From the sequence record OQ101254.1: a stretch of 64,000 nt of DNA, one strand, 5' to 3'. The notes beneath the pieces are model-generated. The model made no database searches and had not been told where the DNA came from. It saw nothing but the letters and a program-made list of their open reading frames with translations. The position numbers were made by a program, and so were the translations under genes. This document shows, in pieces, positions 7,760-17,829 of the stretch; within the stretch, counting starts at the first letter, position 1; each line of letters starts with the position of its first letter. The DNA is from Acinetobacter phage Acba_11.

Positions 7760-9176
7760 TGCGGCTCGGGATAAAGCCATCCAGATCGAGGCGCAAGAAG
7801 ATTTATATTTCTTTACAAGGTACATGTTTAAGGAGCGCCGAGGCTACAAATGGATGCAAAATTGGCACCACTTAGAAATCTGCGAAGCATTAATGAAAGT
7901 TTATCGCGGTGAGACTAAGCGGTTAATTATTAACGTACCACCTCGATATTCAAAAACTGAAATTGCTGTAATTAATTTTATGGCTTGGTGTTTTGGAAAG
8001 AAACCTGACTGTGAGTTTATTCATATCAGTTACTCGGCAATGCTTGCCGCAAATAATGCATTTCAGACTCGTAATATGGTTCAAGAAAAGGCTTATAAAA
8101 AGGTCTTTCCTGATCTTAAATTACGTGAGGATAGTAAAGCTAAGGATTTCTGGCGCACAGATGCAGGCGGAGTCTGCTATGCGACTGGTACTGGCGGTAC
8201 CATTACAGGTTTTGGTGCAGGCAAAATGCGTGAAGGCTTTGGTGGTTGCATCATCATTGATGACCCGCATAAGGCCGATGAAGCCAAATCAAAAACTATC
8301 CGTGAAGGTGTAATTGACTGGTTCCAAAATACTCTCGAGTCTCGTACTAACTCACCAGAAACGCCAATTATTGTCATTATGCAGCGTCTTCATGAAGATG
8401 ATTTGGCTGGATGGCTGCTAGGTGATAGAAAAGACGGCGTTCCTGTAGCTGGTGGTAACGGTGAAGTGTGGGAGCATCTATGTCTTTCGGCTATTCAAGA
8501 AGACGGATCTGCATTGTGGCCAGCAAAACACAATATTCAAAAGTTGAAGCAAATGGAGCAAGCTGCGCCGTATGTTTTTGCCGGGCAATATCGTCAAATG
8601 CCATCACCGCCAGCAGGTGGTTTTTTTAAGCCTGACAATATTGAAATTGTGGATGCTTTACCTGCTGATGTAGTGAAGCAAGTAAGGGCTTGGGACTTTG
8701 GTGCTACTGAGAATGAAGGCGACTTTACAGCAGGTGTTAGAGAAGCTCTTGGCGCAGATGGTTTTACTTACATTGTCGATGTTACAAGAGGACAGCTTGG
8801 TCCAGACAATGTTAATAAGCGCTTAAAACAAGTCACAGAGTTAGATGGGATGGGCGTAACGGTAAGGATTCCTCAAGATCCTGGTCAAGCTGGTAAATCA
8901 CAAGCTAGTGCATTCGTAAAACTTCTTGCAGGATATGACGTCAAAGCCAAACCAGTTTCGGGAGACAAACTCACACGTGCACAACCTTTTGCGGCGCAAG
9001 TTAACGTGGGTAACGTGAGAATGCTTAGAGGTGATTGGAATAAAGACTTTATTGAAGAGCTTCGCAATTTTCCAAATGGAACGCATGACGACCAAGTTGA
9101 TGCTGGTTCAGATGCATTTAATGAATTGAATGGAGGTTTTGAGGCCTTCTTTGCTGATATGGGATTTGCTCGATGA
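7749..9176 (+). CDS. terL: terminase large subunit, copy 1
   Basis: 475 aa; ATPase region includes IIIDDPHK; C-terminal nuclease half; phage-typical context. Confidence 0.9.
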   Translation: MSTDAARDKAIQIEAQEDLYFFTRYMFKERRGYKWMQNWHHLEICEALMKVYRGETKRLIINVPPRYSKTEIAVINFMAWCFGKKPDCEFIHISYSAMLAANNAFQTRNMVQEKAYKKVFPDLKLREDSKAKDFWRTDAGGVCYATGTGGTITGFGAGKMREGFGGCIIIDDPHKADEAKSKTIREGVIDWFQNTLESRTNSPETPIIVIMQRLHEDDLAGWLLGDRKDGVPVAGGNGEVWEHLCLSAIQEDGSALWPAKHNIQKLKQMEQAAPYVFAGQYRQMPSPPAGGFFKPDNIEIVDALPADVVKQVRAWDFGATENEGDFTAGVREALGADGFTYIVDVTRGQLGPDNVNKRLKQVTELDGMGVTVRIPQDPGQAGKSQASAFVKLLAGYDVKAKPVSGDKLTRAQPFAAQVNVGNVRMLRGDWNKDFIEELRNFPNGTHDDQVDAGSDAFNELNGGFEAFFADMGFAR

Positions 9177-10624
9177 GTGACGTAACTTTTAAACATCCTG
9201 AATATGTTAAAAACTTGCCATATTGGCAGAAGCTAGATGATGTGTGTGAAGGCGAGGATGCTGTAAAGGCTAAAGGAGAAAAGTATCTTCCGAAACCCAA
9301 TGCTCATGATCAATCACCTGCAAATAAAAGTGCTTATGAGGCTTATCGTACTCGGGCAGTCTTTTATGAAGTAACGGGGACTACATCTAATAGTTTAGTT
9401 GGTGCAGCTTTTGCAACCGATCCAAGTTTTAAATTTCCTCCAGAACTAGCTCACTTAGAACGCAATGCTAACGGCGCGGGATTAAGTGCTTATCAATTGG
9501 CACAGAACGGGATCCGACATTTATTAAAGCATTATCGTTGTGCTTTATATGTTGACTATCCTGCAGTTACACCGGCTCGAAATCTTGCGGAGTTTAAACA
9601 GCAAAAAGCCTACCCGATGATTCACTTATTGAATGCCATTGATGTGATCAATTGGGATTCAATGATGATTGATAACCAGAAAAAGCTTTGCTTGGTGGTC
9701 ATCCGTGAATTTACTTCAGAACGAGGCGCTGATGGCTTTAGCAAATCTGAGGTAGAGCAATACAGAGTACTTCGTTTAGAGCCTGATAATGAAGGAAACT
9801 TCATCTATACAGTTCAAGTTTACACAAAAGGCGACAAGGGTACATGGAAGGGCGAAGATAAGAAGTATCCCACTGATAATAACGGGGATTTCTGGTCTTA
9901 TATTCCATTCACTTTTGTGGGGGCTATTGATAACTCTGAAGAGATTAAAAAGCCTCCATTGCTCCCATTGGCTAATCTTAATTTAGCTCATTATAGAGAT
10001 AGTGCGGACTTTCAAGAGTCCGTTTTTTATATGGGCCAACCACAGTTTTATGCTAAGGGAGTTAATTGGGCTTGGTATGACGAGGCTAAAAAGCGTGGCA
10101 TTTATATCGGTGCGAAAGTTCTATTACCTTTACCTGAAAACGGTGATTTGGGGATTGTACAAGCAGATCCAAACACATTAGCACGGGAAGCTATGAAGGA
10201 TAAGTGGGAGCAAATGAAGGAGCTTGGTGCTCGACTTATTGAAAAAGGTTCCGCAGCTAAAAAGACTGCTACTGAATCTAACAGTGATGATGCCGTGCAG
10301 CATTCCGTTCTTTCACTTTGTGTTGTGAATATGAATGAAGCTTTGTCTATGGCTTTACGTTGGGCTGCTAAATTTGTAGTACCTAATGTTGATGTTCTGA
10401 CTAAAGATGAACTGATGTTCGAAATTAGTCAGGAATTTAACAAGCAAGGTTATTTAGCTGAGTTGGCTCGTCAATTGTTTGAAGCAGCTTTACAAGGTAG
10501 ATCTTCATTCAAATCTTGGTGGGAATACAACCAAACAGGAATGTTTCCTAAACAAAAATATGAAGAAGAAATCCTAAATGTTGAAGCTGAACAGGATGGG
10601 ACTTTGAATCAAGGAGTGAATTGA
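9173..10624 (+). CDS. portal protein, copy 1
   Basis: 483 aa, follows terL with overlap; DUF1073-type portal. Confidence 0.85.
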   Translation: MSDVTFKHPEYVKNLPYWQKLDDVCEGEDAVKAKGEKYLPKPNAHDQSPANKSAYEAYRTRAVFYEVTGTTSNSLVGAAFATDPSFKFPPELAHLERNANGAGLSAYQLAQNGIRHLLKHYRCALYVDYPAVTPARNLAEFKQQKAYPMIHLLNAIDVINWDSMMIDNQKKLCLVVIREFTSERGADGFSKSEVEQYRVLRLEPDNEGNFIYTVQVYTKGDKGTWKGEDKKYPTDNNGDFWSYIPFTFVGAIDNSEEIKKPPLLPLANLNLAHYRDSADFQESVFYMGQPQFYAKGVNWAWYDEAKKRGIYIGAKVLLPLPENGDLGIVQADPNTLAREAMKDKWEQMKELGARLIEKGSAAKKTATESNSDDAVQHSVLSLCVVNMNEALSMALRWAAKFVVPNVDVLTKDELMFEISQEFNKQGYLAELARQLFEAALQGRSSFKSWWEYNQTGMFPKQKYEEEILNVEAEQDGTLNQGVN

Positions 10625-10625
10625 T

Positions 10626-11729
10626 ATGGCGGCAACTATCAAAGAACTCTTAGAGGCACTAACTCAACACCAAGCATATCTTTTTCGCGCTTCATCAAAA
10701 ACAGTTAATGAATTATTAGGTTTATTTAATGATGATACAAAAGCAATGCTTTCAAAGCTGCGTGATCTATTAGAGGAACTTAATGATTCAGAGAAAATTG
10801 CTTTAGCTGGTGGGAAGTATACAACGTCAAACCTCAGAGAGATTAAAGATTTGATTGACCAATGGTTTGCTAGTGTAAATACAAGCTTACCTGAAGCTTT
10901 CACCGTCTCTGCTACCGCTTTAGCGGTTTATGAAGCTAATTACATAGCCAAGCTATACGGAGCGAAAAATAAAACTCTTAGCGGTGACAAGTTCTATTCT
11001 GCTGCTAAAAAGGTACCATTGGCTGGTGGTGCCCTAGTTGATGATCTTTTATCAAGAATTACTGAAGCTGCCCGTCAAAAAGTTGAATATGCAATCAGAG
11101 ATGGTATTAACACTGGCAAAACTAATAGTGAGATTATTCAGCGTATCCGTGGTACCAAGAAGCTAAATTATGAAGACGGATTACTCAACAGCACAAAATC
11201 AGACATTGAGCGCACTGTAAGAACGGTTCGGAGCCATGTAGCTAACCAGGCATATTTAAAAAGTTTTGATCAAATTGGCTTCAAATATGTGCGATTTGTG
11301 AGTGTTCTTGATGGAAGAACTTCAAAACTTTGTGCATCCCTTGATGGAAGCTTTTGGGAAATAAATGACCCAGCAAAGCGCGTTCCTCCATTACATCCAA
11401 ATTGTCGAAGCATTCTGGTACCAGTTGAGAAAGACGGTTCTTTAGCTGGTCAGCGTCCTTTTGTGATGGATGAGAGAAGAGTGAAAGACATCCCCAAAGA
11501 AGAGCGTGATCAGTTGATTGGGCAAATGGATGCAAACATAACATTTAAAGAGTTCTTCAAAAAGACAGATGACTTCTTTCAAAAAGAATGGTTGGGACCA
11601 AAGCGTTACAAACTCTTCAAAGAGGGAAAATTTGATTTTGAAAAGTTCTTCGATCCGGATGGACGTCTTTATACACTCGACCAACTTCGCATGTTGGACG
11701 AACAATTGTTCAAGAGGTTGGGAATATGA
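10626..11729 (+). CDS. head morphogenesis protein (Mu F / SPP1 gp7 family), copy 1
   Basis: 367 aa directly after portal; conserved block VSVLDGRTSKLC...PPLHPNCRS typical of the F-like minor capsid family. Confidence 0.85.
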   Translation: MAATIKELLEALTQHQAYLFRASSKTVNELLGLFNDDTKAMLSKLRDLLEELNDSEKIALAGGKYTTSNLREIKDLIDQWFASVNTSLPEAFTVSATALAVYEANYIAKLYGAKNKTLSGDKFYSAAKKVPLAGGALVDDLLSRITEAARQKVEYAIRDGINTGKTNSEIIQRIRGTKKLNYEDGLLNSTKSDIERTVRTVRSHVANQAYLKSFDQIGFKYVRFVSVLDGRTSKLCASLDGSFWEINDPAKRVPPLHPNCRSILVPVEKDGSLAGQRPFVMDERRVKDIPKEERDQLIGQMDANITFKEFFKKTDDFFQKEWLGPKRYKLFKEGKFDFEKFFDPDGRLYTLDQLRMLDEQLFKRLGI

Positions 11730-11986
11730 ATTTTACTTTAAGTGGTGAGGGGAAAATTCAACTATCTACTCGAGCAAAATACAGATTGCGTAGATGGCTT
11801 AGAAAACTTGAAAAGAGGTCGAAGTTATGAAGCAAATAACTATGACTCAAGCACAATACATCCTAAGTACAAATCTTATTGTTGTGCCTTTTGTAAGGAA
11901 GTTGATTCCAAGATATATGGCTATTTTAGGATACAACTTCAAACAGCCCACAGCACAGATTCCGCATTAAACCTAATTCAAACCAT

Positions 11987-12009
11987 AGCACCTTCGGGTG
12001 CTTTTTTTA
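11987..12009 (+). terminator. rho-independent terminator
   Basis: AGCACC ttcg GGTGCT followed by T7. Confidence 0.6.
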
Positions 12010-12021
12010 TATGAGGTCATC

Positions 12022-12534
12022 ATGACAAAGCAACCGCAAACACTTCAAGAGCTAGTTCAAAATGTTGAATATTTCAATGTGGACCAAGCATCACCAGATG
12101 CACTACCTAAACGCATTATATGCATCCTAAAACTTCACTCTGGAGTGCAAGTAAACGGCGAGTATTTGATTCCTGAAGGTTCACCTGTTGGTGATTACAA
12201 TCCGTTTGCACTTACATCTGCCATTGAAAATTTAAAAAAGCTCGGATTTGAAATTATTGAACCACCTTCTGAACCACAAGTAATCGAAGGTGAGGCAGTT
12301 GAGGTTGGCCAGAATTTAGATGACCCATCACTTAAAGCGGTTGAAGCACCAAAAATTAAAAGTCTGGAATCCCATGTAACTGTTACGGGCGCAGGGGTTA
12401 ATACTTATGATGTTCGTCATGCAAATCTGCATTCAATTGAAGCATTGACCTCACTTTTGAAGGTTACGAAGTTAAATACTGATGTGTCGAATGCTGCAAA
12501 CTCTAAGCTTGTTGAACTTATTAATGGACTCTAA
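12022..12534 (+). CDS. hypothetical protein in moron slot (copy-1 specific)
   Basis: Track ORF, start refined to ATG 12022 (MTKQPQ) with GAGG RBS. No paralogue in copy 2. Confidence 0.5.
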   Translation: MTKQPQTLQELVQNVEYFNVDQASPDALPKRIICILKLHSGVQVNGEYLIPEGSPVGDYNPFALTSAIENLKKLGFEIIEPPSEPQVIEGEAVEVGQNLDDPSLKAVEAPKIKSLESHVTVTGAGVNTYDVRHANLHSIEALTSLLKVTKLNTDVSNAANSKLVELINGL

Positions 12535-12602
12535 GTTTCAGGCGTCTTGAGCATATTTTAATTTTAACCAGCACACTAAGGTGCTTTTTTTGTGAGAAAG
12601 AA

Positions 12603-12917
12603 ATGACCAAAGAAGTAACAGAGCAAGAGTTAGCGGAAAAGTCTGTGGCACCCCGAGTAACTAAAGCGCAAATTGATGCGATGATGGACCGCGTTACATA
12701 TACAGTGGAGCAGCGCCCTGGAGGTACAACATCTACTTTTGTACATGCATTTTTAGATGGAAAATTTTTTCTAGCAACGGGTTTTAGCGCATGTGTGAAT
12801 GCAGAAAACTTTGATGCTGAAATGGGTGAGCGTATAGCTCGAAGCAACGCAGAAAAGTCAGCCGAAAATAAACTTTGGGAACTCGAAGGCTATCGTTTAT
12901 TTGCCACAAACTTCTAA
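12603..12917 (+). CDS. small phage protein, possibly N4 gp49/Sf6 gp66-like (copy-1 specific moron)
   Basis: 104 aa; ATGFSACVNAENFDAEMGERIA...KLWELEGY pattern recalled for that family; flanked by terminators. Confidence 0.4.
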   Translation: MTKEVTEQELAEKSVAPRVTKAQIDAMMDRVTYTVEQRPGGTTSTFVHAFLDGKFFLATGFSACVNAENFDAEMGERIARSNAEKSAENKLWELEGYRLFATNF

Positions 12918-12933
12918 GTTTTTAATCGAAATA

Positions 12934-12957
12934 AAGCGTCCTTAGGGGCGCTTTTTT
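12934..12957 (+). terminator. rho-independent terminator
   Basis: AGCGTCC tta GGGGCGCT followed by T6. Confidence 0.55.
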
Positions 12958-12960
12958 AAT

Positions 12961-13020
12961 GTCTGCCGGAAGCGGATGCGGACGGTGAATCCGGGCGGAT
13001 GCCCACTTGTGTATATAGGT
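12961..13020 (+). promoter_or_regulatory. conserved element upstream of scaffold gene: GCGGATGC x2 within CCGGA...TCCGG, then TATATA
   Basis: The same element is conserved at 25386-25446 in copy 2. Confidence 0.35.
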
Positions 13021-13030
13021 TGGATGACCA

Positions 13031-13798
13031 ATGAAACTTAAAACAGTAACGATCGACGGTAAAGTTTATGCGGAAGTAGACGGCGATAAGCCGATCTATA
13101 TTCATGATGACGGCAAAGAAATGCCACATGATGCACCTCATTCGGTAGCAACAATTGCACGCTTAAACAATGAAGTTAAAACACATCGTGAAGCCAAAGA
13201 AGCAGCTGAAAAAGCATTAAAAGCTTTTGAAGGAATCGAAGACCCTGCGGCAGCTAAAAAGGCCTTACAAACAATCCAAAATCTCGATGATAAAAAGCTG
13301 GTGGATGCCGGTGAAGTTGAGAAAGTTAAAGCTGAAGCTATCAAAGCAGTTGAAGAAAAATATGCCCCGATTGTTGAGCAACGTGATGCTCTTGAGGCCT
13401 CATTGCATAAAGAGCTAATCGGCGGTGGTTTTGCTCGTTCTAAGTACATTCAAGACAACATTGCAGTACCTGTGGATATGGTGCAAGCGACCTTTGGTCA
13501 TCACTTCAAAATCGAAGAGGGCAAGGTGGTTGCATATGACCAGAACGGCGAAAAGATTTATTCACGTGTACGCCCAGGTGAACTTGCAAATGTTGATGAA
13601 GCTTTAGAGTCATTGGTTGGTGGATACCAGCATAAAGACTTAATTCTTAAAGGTGGTAAAGGGACTGGTGGAGGTTTCCAAAGCGGGGGCAAAGGTGGAG
13701 CACCTACTGGAATGAAACGCAGTGAAATGTCTGTTTCTCAGAAAGCAGATTACATCAAAGAACATGGCAATGATGCCTTCCTAAAACTACCGAACTAA
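13031..13798 (+). CDS. putative scaffolding protein, copy 1
   Basis: 255 aa, acidic/helical, Gly-rich C-terminus, immediately upstream of the capsid gene. Confidence 0.55.
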   Translation: MKLKTVTIDGKVYAEVDGDKPIYIHDDGKEMPHDAPHSVATIARLNNEVKTHREAKEAAEKALKAFEGIEDPAAAKKALQTIQNLDDKKLVDAGEVEKVKAEAIKAVEEKYAPIVEQRDALEASLHKELIGGGFARSKYIQDNIAVPVDMVQATFGHHFKIEEGKVVAYDQNGEKIYSRVRPGELANVDEALESLVGGYQHKDLILKGGKGTGGGFQSGGKGGAPTGMKRSEMSVSQKADYIKEHGNDAFLKLPN

Positions 13799-13825
13799 TC
13801 ATTAAATATTTGGAGATAAGTAGTT

Positions 13826-14782
13826 ATGACTACGACAGTTAATTCAGACATGATCATCTATAATCAATTTGCTCAAACTGCTTATTTAGAGCGTTTGCAA
13901 GATAATTTGAATGTATTTAACCAAGCCTCTAATGGTGCAATTGTTTATCGCAATGAGATCATTGAAGGTGATTTCAATAAAGAAGCATTCTACAAAGTGG
14001 GCGGTAGCATCAAACATCGTGATGTGAATTCAACCGCCAAAGTAGTTCCAGAGAAAATTGGTTCTGGTGAGTCTGTAGGCGTAAAAGTCCCATATAAATA
14101 TGGTCCTTATGCATCAACTGAAGAGGCATTTAAGCGCCGTGCTCGTACACCAGAAGAATTTGCTATGGTTGTTGGTTACGATCTTGCAGATGCATTGGTT
14201 GCAGGCCGATTAGAGTACAGTTTAGCTTCTTTAAAAGCTGCTATTTCTAGCAATCCAGACATGGTTGCAAAAGGTAGTATCGTTGTTGATGGCCGCAAAG
14301 CATTGACTCGTGGTATGCGAAAGTTTGGTGATAAGTTTGGCCGCATTGGCTTATGGGTGATGAACTCAGATACATATTTCGATATTGTCGATGATGCAAT
14401 CACTAAGCAAATTTATGGTGAATCTGAAATCGTTATCTACGGTGGTTTACCGGGAACCTTAGGAAAGCCGGTCTTGGTGACGGACGCTGTAGGTGATAAC
14501 GATGCTTTTGGTTTGCAGTATGGCGCTGTCACTGTAACTGAATCACAAGTACCGGGCTTCCGAGCTTATGACATGAATGATGAAGAAAACTTAGCAATCG
14601 GTATGCGTGCTGAAGGTGCATTTAACTTAGATATTCTTGGTTATAGTTGGGATACATCGAAAGGTGAAAATCCTGACCTTACATTACTTGGTTCAAGCGC
14701 TAACTGGATCAAATATGCAACCAGCAACAAAATGACAGCAGGTACCTTACTTGATTTATCGGGTACAGCGACAACTGGTTAA
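13826..14782 (+). CDS. major capsid protein, copy 1
   Basis: 318 aa; position after scaffold; strong RBS GGAGATAAG. Confidence 0.7.
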   Translation: MTTTVNSDMIIYNQFAQTAYLERLQDNLNVFNQASNGAIVYRNEIIEGDFNKEAFYKVGGSIKHRDVNSTAKVVPEKIGSGESVGVKVPYKYGPYASTEEAFKRRARTPEEFAMVVGYDLADALVAGRLEYSLASLKAAISSNPDMVAKGSIVVDGRKALTRGMRKFGDKFGRIGLWVMNSDTYFDIVDDAITKQIYGESEIVIYGGLPGTLGKPVLVTDAVGDNDAFGLQYGAVTVTESQVPGFRAYDMNDEENLAIGMRAEGAFNLDILGYSWDTSKGENPDLTLLGSSANWIKYATSNKMTAGTLLDLSGTATTG

Positions 14783-14802
14783 AACCTAAAAATTAAAACC
14801 TA

Positions 14803-14828
14803 AGGGGGCTAATAAGCCCTCTTTTTTA
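14803..14828 (+). terminator. rho-independent terminator
   Basis: GGGGGCT aat AAGCCCTC followed by T6. Confidence 0.5.
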
Positions 14829-14847
14829 TTATTAAGAGAAAAGCGCC

Positions 14848-15513
14848 ATGAAGATTATCTATACACGCATTGCAGCAGCGGCTGCATTAGAGACAGGCAT
14901 TATTGCTAACCCTGACTATTATGAAAACCCAAATTTGAAAGCAAAAGAGGTAATTATTTACGGTAATTATCCAAAGATTCAAAAGGATTATGAATCTTTG
15001 GAAGTTCCAGTTGAAGTTCGTAAGTTGGAAGTGCCACAAAAAACGACTTTGGCCACAGTAAATGTCGCAGTGGGAATTACCCCTGAACTTCAAGCTGTGA
15101 TGGATGATGCAAAAGCTGAATGTGAAAAGGTAGTTGAAGAAAACACTCAGCTTAAGCAGAAAATTGCCATCTTAGAGCAGGCCGGTGGTAACCAGTCAGA
15201 GTTGTTATCTGAAAATTCACGATTAAAAGATGCAGCAGTTTTAGCAGATAAAGCTCTCAAAGATGCTGAAGCTCAAGTGGTCGGTATAAAAACTGAATTT
15301 GAAGCTTTTAAAAATGATATTCCTGCAATGCAGGCACGTATTGCTGAATTGGAAGCTGGAAAAGCGGCAGAAAACCCAGCTACAGAAACGGCAGCTAATG
15401 ATTTTGAAAACTGGTCAAATGATCAATTAAAAGAGTATTTGGCTAGTAAAAACATTGGTTACAAGCCGTCTGCAACAAAAGCAGAACTTCTTAAATTAAT
15501 CCCGAAGGAATAA
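14848..15513 (+). CDS. head-associated protein with coiled-coil and C-terminal HeH/Rho-N-like motif, copy 1
   Basis: Central coiled coil; C-terminus WSNDQLKEYLASKNIGYKPSATKAELLKLI resembles SAP/HeH (Rho N-terminal) motifs. Confidence 0.5.
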   Translation: MKIIYTRIAAAAALETGIIANPDYYENPNLKAKEVIIYGNYPKIQKDYESLEVPVEVRKLEVPQKTTLATVNVAVGITPELQAVMDDAKAECEKVVEENTQLKQKIAILEQAGGNQSELLSENSRLKDAAVLADKALKDAEAQVVGIKTEFEAFKNDIPAMQARIAELEAGKAAENPATETAANDFENWSNDQLKEYLASKNIGYKPSATKAELLKLIPKE

Positions 15514-15517
15514 TGCA

Positions 15518-15907
15518 ATGAGCTTTATTACTGTAGATGACGCAAATTCAATTTTGGGCAGCGATTTTGCACCAGACAGTGATAAGGCTCGTCTGGTGAA
15601 GCTGGCAAATGTGTGGATGAAAAACAGAATTGGTTTTGTACCAGATCCAATTGATCCACTTCTTAAGGACGCGGCTTGTGAAATTATCAAAGGAATTCTG
15701 GCCAAAGTAATTTATAACGGCAAAGAGCAGCAGTTGAAGCGTAAGAAAGTTAAGGCTGATTCTGTTGAGTCAGAAAAAGAATTTCAAGACGGATCTGAAG
15801 CAATCTCTAGCTTTGAACAGATAGCAATTGATTTTATTGATTCACTTGATTTGAAAGATCCAAATGCAAGTTTTAATGGCTTTGGCATACCACTTTACAG
15901 GGCATGA
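15518..15907 (+). CDS. head-tail connector (gp6-like), copy 1
   Basis: 129 aa, position after capsid/decoration genes. Confidence 0.5.
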   Translation: MSFITVDDANSILGSDFAPDSDKARLVKLANVWMKNRIGFVPDPIDPLLKDAACEIIKGILAKVIYNGKEQQLKRKKVKADSVESEKEFQDGSEAISSFEQIAIDFIDSLDLKDPNASFNGFGIPLYRA

Positions 15908-15908
15908 T

Positions 15909-16277
15909 ATGGGCTTACGTGACGAAATTCAGGCAGACATTGCTGAAGCATTTAATGATGATTTAGCAGATGCCATTCATACCTTTACATGTGAGCGGAT
16001 CTCTAAAACGAATTGGGATCCTAAAACTGAAACTTATGTTGAAGTTAAAGAAAACTATTCTGGCCGTGGCGTTCTGTTTGGCTCATACAGTCAATATGAG
16101 ATCCAAACACTTGGAGTACTGGCCACGGATAAAAAGGCAACCGTGCTTCAAAATGAAGTAACTATGACTCCAAAAATTGAAGATGAATGGTTAACTGCCT
16201 TAGGCTCATTCCGGGTAATTAATATTCAACAGGATCCAGCTAATACTATTTGGAAATGTCAGCTTCGAAAAGTGTAG
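15909..16277 (+). CDS. head-tail joining/hypothetical structural protein, copy 1
   Basis: Start refined to ATG 15909 (MGLRDE) immediately after the upstream stop. Confidence 0.5.
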   Translation: MGLRDEIQADIAEAFNDDLADAIHTFTCERISKTNWDPKTETYVEVKENYSGRGVLFGSYSQYEIQTLGVLATDKKATVLQNEVTMTPKIEDEWLTALGSFRVINIQQDPANTIWKCQLRKV

Positions 16278-16285
16278 GGGCTAAA

Positions 16286-16690
16286 ATGGTTAATCCTGAT
16301 TATGTTCCTGAATGGTATATCTCGCCTTTTCAACATGTGCAGTACACGCTTGCTCGAAATCAACTACACATGGATTTGTTATTTGAAGATATGGATAAGG
16401 CCGATCAATTTTTGGATATGGGAGCGGATGCGCAAGTTAGTACTTTTTCTGATGGTGCATATGCAATCGTCCAAATTGGTGATACGGCGGATAAAGACCG
16501 AATTCAAGTTTATGGATTGCTTTTACATGAAGCTGTTCATGTCTGGCAAAAGATTAAAAAGCTCATGGGTGAACGAGAACCGAGCTCTGAGTTTGAAGCT
16601 TATTCAATTCAGGCGATCGCTCAAGACCTTTTTAAAATGTATGAAGAAAGCGAGGTGAATGATGGGATGGAAGGGGAAAAAGCCAACTGA
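16286..16690 (+). CDS. hypothetical structural protein with HEAVH motif, copy 1
   Basis: Start refined to ATG 16286 with AGGGG RBS. Confidence 0.5.
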   Translation: MVNPDYVPEWYISPFQHVQYTLARNQLHMDLLFEDMDKADQFLDMGADAQVSTFSDGAYAIVQIGDTADKDRIQVYGLLLHEAVHVWQKIKKLMGEREPSSEFEAYSIQAIAQDLFKMYEESEVNDGMEGEKAN

Positions 16691-17030
16691 ATTTAGTTTT
16701 GATGTGTCTAAAGCAGCAGAAGACCAGGTGAAGCATATTGTTATGGATACTGTGCAATCCTTAGTTAATTTAAGTCCTGTTGATACTGGAGCATACCGTG
16801 CTTCACATATTGTTTCGGTTGGATCTGCTGATTTCGGCGTGCGTGAACCTGAAACAAACCCTATTAACGACGCAGCGATTCAGGCAATGAAGATTAAGTT
16901 AGGTAATTTGGTTTATATCCAGAACAATAAAGCTTATGGACCGCGCTTAGAAAACGGCTGGTCTGATCAAGCACCACAAGGTATTTATGGCCTCACGTTT
17001 AACTTTATTTCTCAAAAGTACGGTGGCTAA
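16659..17030 (+). CDS. HK97 gp10-like head-tail protein, copy 1
   Basis: SPVDTGAYRASH motif typical of the gp10 family; recalled from memory. Confidence 0.55.
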   Translation: MMGWKGKKPTEFSFDVSKAAEDQVKHIVMDTVQSLVNLSPVDTGAYRASHIVSVGSADFGVREPETNPINDAAIQAMKIKLGNLVYIQNNKAYGPRLENGWSDQAPQGIYGLTFNFISQKYGG

Positions 17031-17031
17031 A

Positions 17032-17430
17032 ATGGCAATGACTTTAGAGCAGACAAGGCAAGCTATTATTGATCGCATGCAAAGCTTTACGGGTATTGCT
17101 CAAGAACGGATTCAGTATCCAAATGCACCTGACTTTACTGTTCCAACAAAAGGTGTATGGTGCCGTTTAACGATTGCAGGTGGCCCGAGTTTTACCTCAG
17201 GCATTGCAGATAAGCCATGTACACGCCGTACCGGTAATATCATGATCCAATGCTTTGACCGATTACATACTGGAGAGAAGGCCGTAACGGTTCTAAGCGA
17301 TGCATTGCTGGCTCATTTTGAATATTTCACAATCGAACACTTAGAATGTTTGAATGGCCAATCTATTTATGCGGGTAAAGATGCTGATTTCATTCAGTAT
17401 AATGTGAGCATTGGGTACAAGGTGAATTGA
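17032..17430 (+). CDS. tail-completion/terminator-like structural protein (DUF4128-like), copy 1
   Basis: Start ATG 17032 immediately after the upstream stop. Confidence 0.5.
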   Translation: MAMTLEQTRQAIIDRMQSFTGIAQERIQYPNAPDFTVPTKGVWCRLTIAGGPSFTSGIADKPCTRRTGNIMIQCFDRLHTGEKAVTVLSDALLAHFEYFTIEHLECLNGQSIYAGKDADFIQYNVSIGYKVN

Positions 17431-17431
17431 T

Positions 17432-17650
17432 ATGTCATGTATGCTGACTTTAGAAGAAATCGAAATTAAACGGCAAGAACTGGAACGGCATCTTGAAGAT
17501 GTTATGTCTGTTGAGTTGAGCAAATGGCAATCTGAAAACAAGCTATGTGTTTCTGATGTGAATATACGCTTGGCTAATGTTGTTAGTCTCGGAGGGCCTA
17601 AACATAACGTTGTTACTGGAGTAAGTGTCGATTTAGATAATGAGCTTTGA
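17432..17650 (+). CDS. small structural/hypothetical protein, copy 1
   Basis: Track ORF, coupled. Confidence 0.4.
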   Translation: MSCMLTLEEIEIKRQELERHLEDVMSVELSKWQSENKLCVSDVNIRLANVVSLGGPKHNVVTGVSVDLDNEL

Positions 17651-17793
17651 GTTCAAGAAAAAGCTACTGCAAGGCGATTATTTTTAATGACCTCAGCATA
17701 TTATCATTTGTGATTACATTCTGTTACAGATAATCTTTCATTTAATGAGTTAGATGAATTGAAAAGACAGTTCTTTGATGAAAAATAGAATAA

Positions 17794-17816
17794 AGCCACC
17801 CTCGGGTGGTTTTTTA
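17794..17816 (+). terminator. rho-independent terminator (end of head module copy 1)
   Basis: CCACC ctcg GGTGG followed by T6 then ATTGCGAGG. Confidence 0.6.
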
Positions 17817-17829
17817 TTGCGAGGTCAAA

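Larger units (their letters stand above)
6153..17816 (+). repeat. segmental duplication copy 1: packaging + head module
   Basis: Gene-for-gene collinear with 18613-30152; proteins about 85-95% identical; homology starts at the start codon of the first gene and ends at the module-terminal terminator. Confidence 0.85.

Noticed and set aside
7993-8377. Nested ORFs (+106 aa, -66 aa) inside terL; similar nested ORFs lie at 20350-20740 in copy 2
   Set aside because: They lie within a conserved terminase large subunit. The translations are low-complexity.
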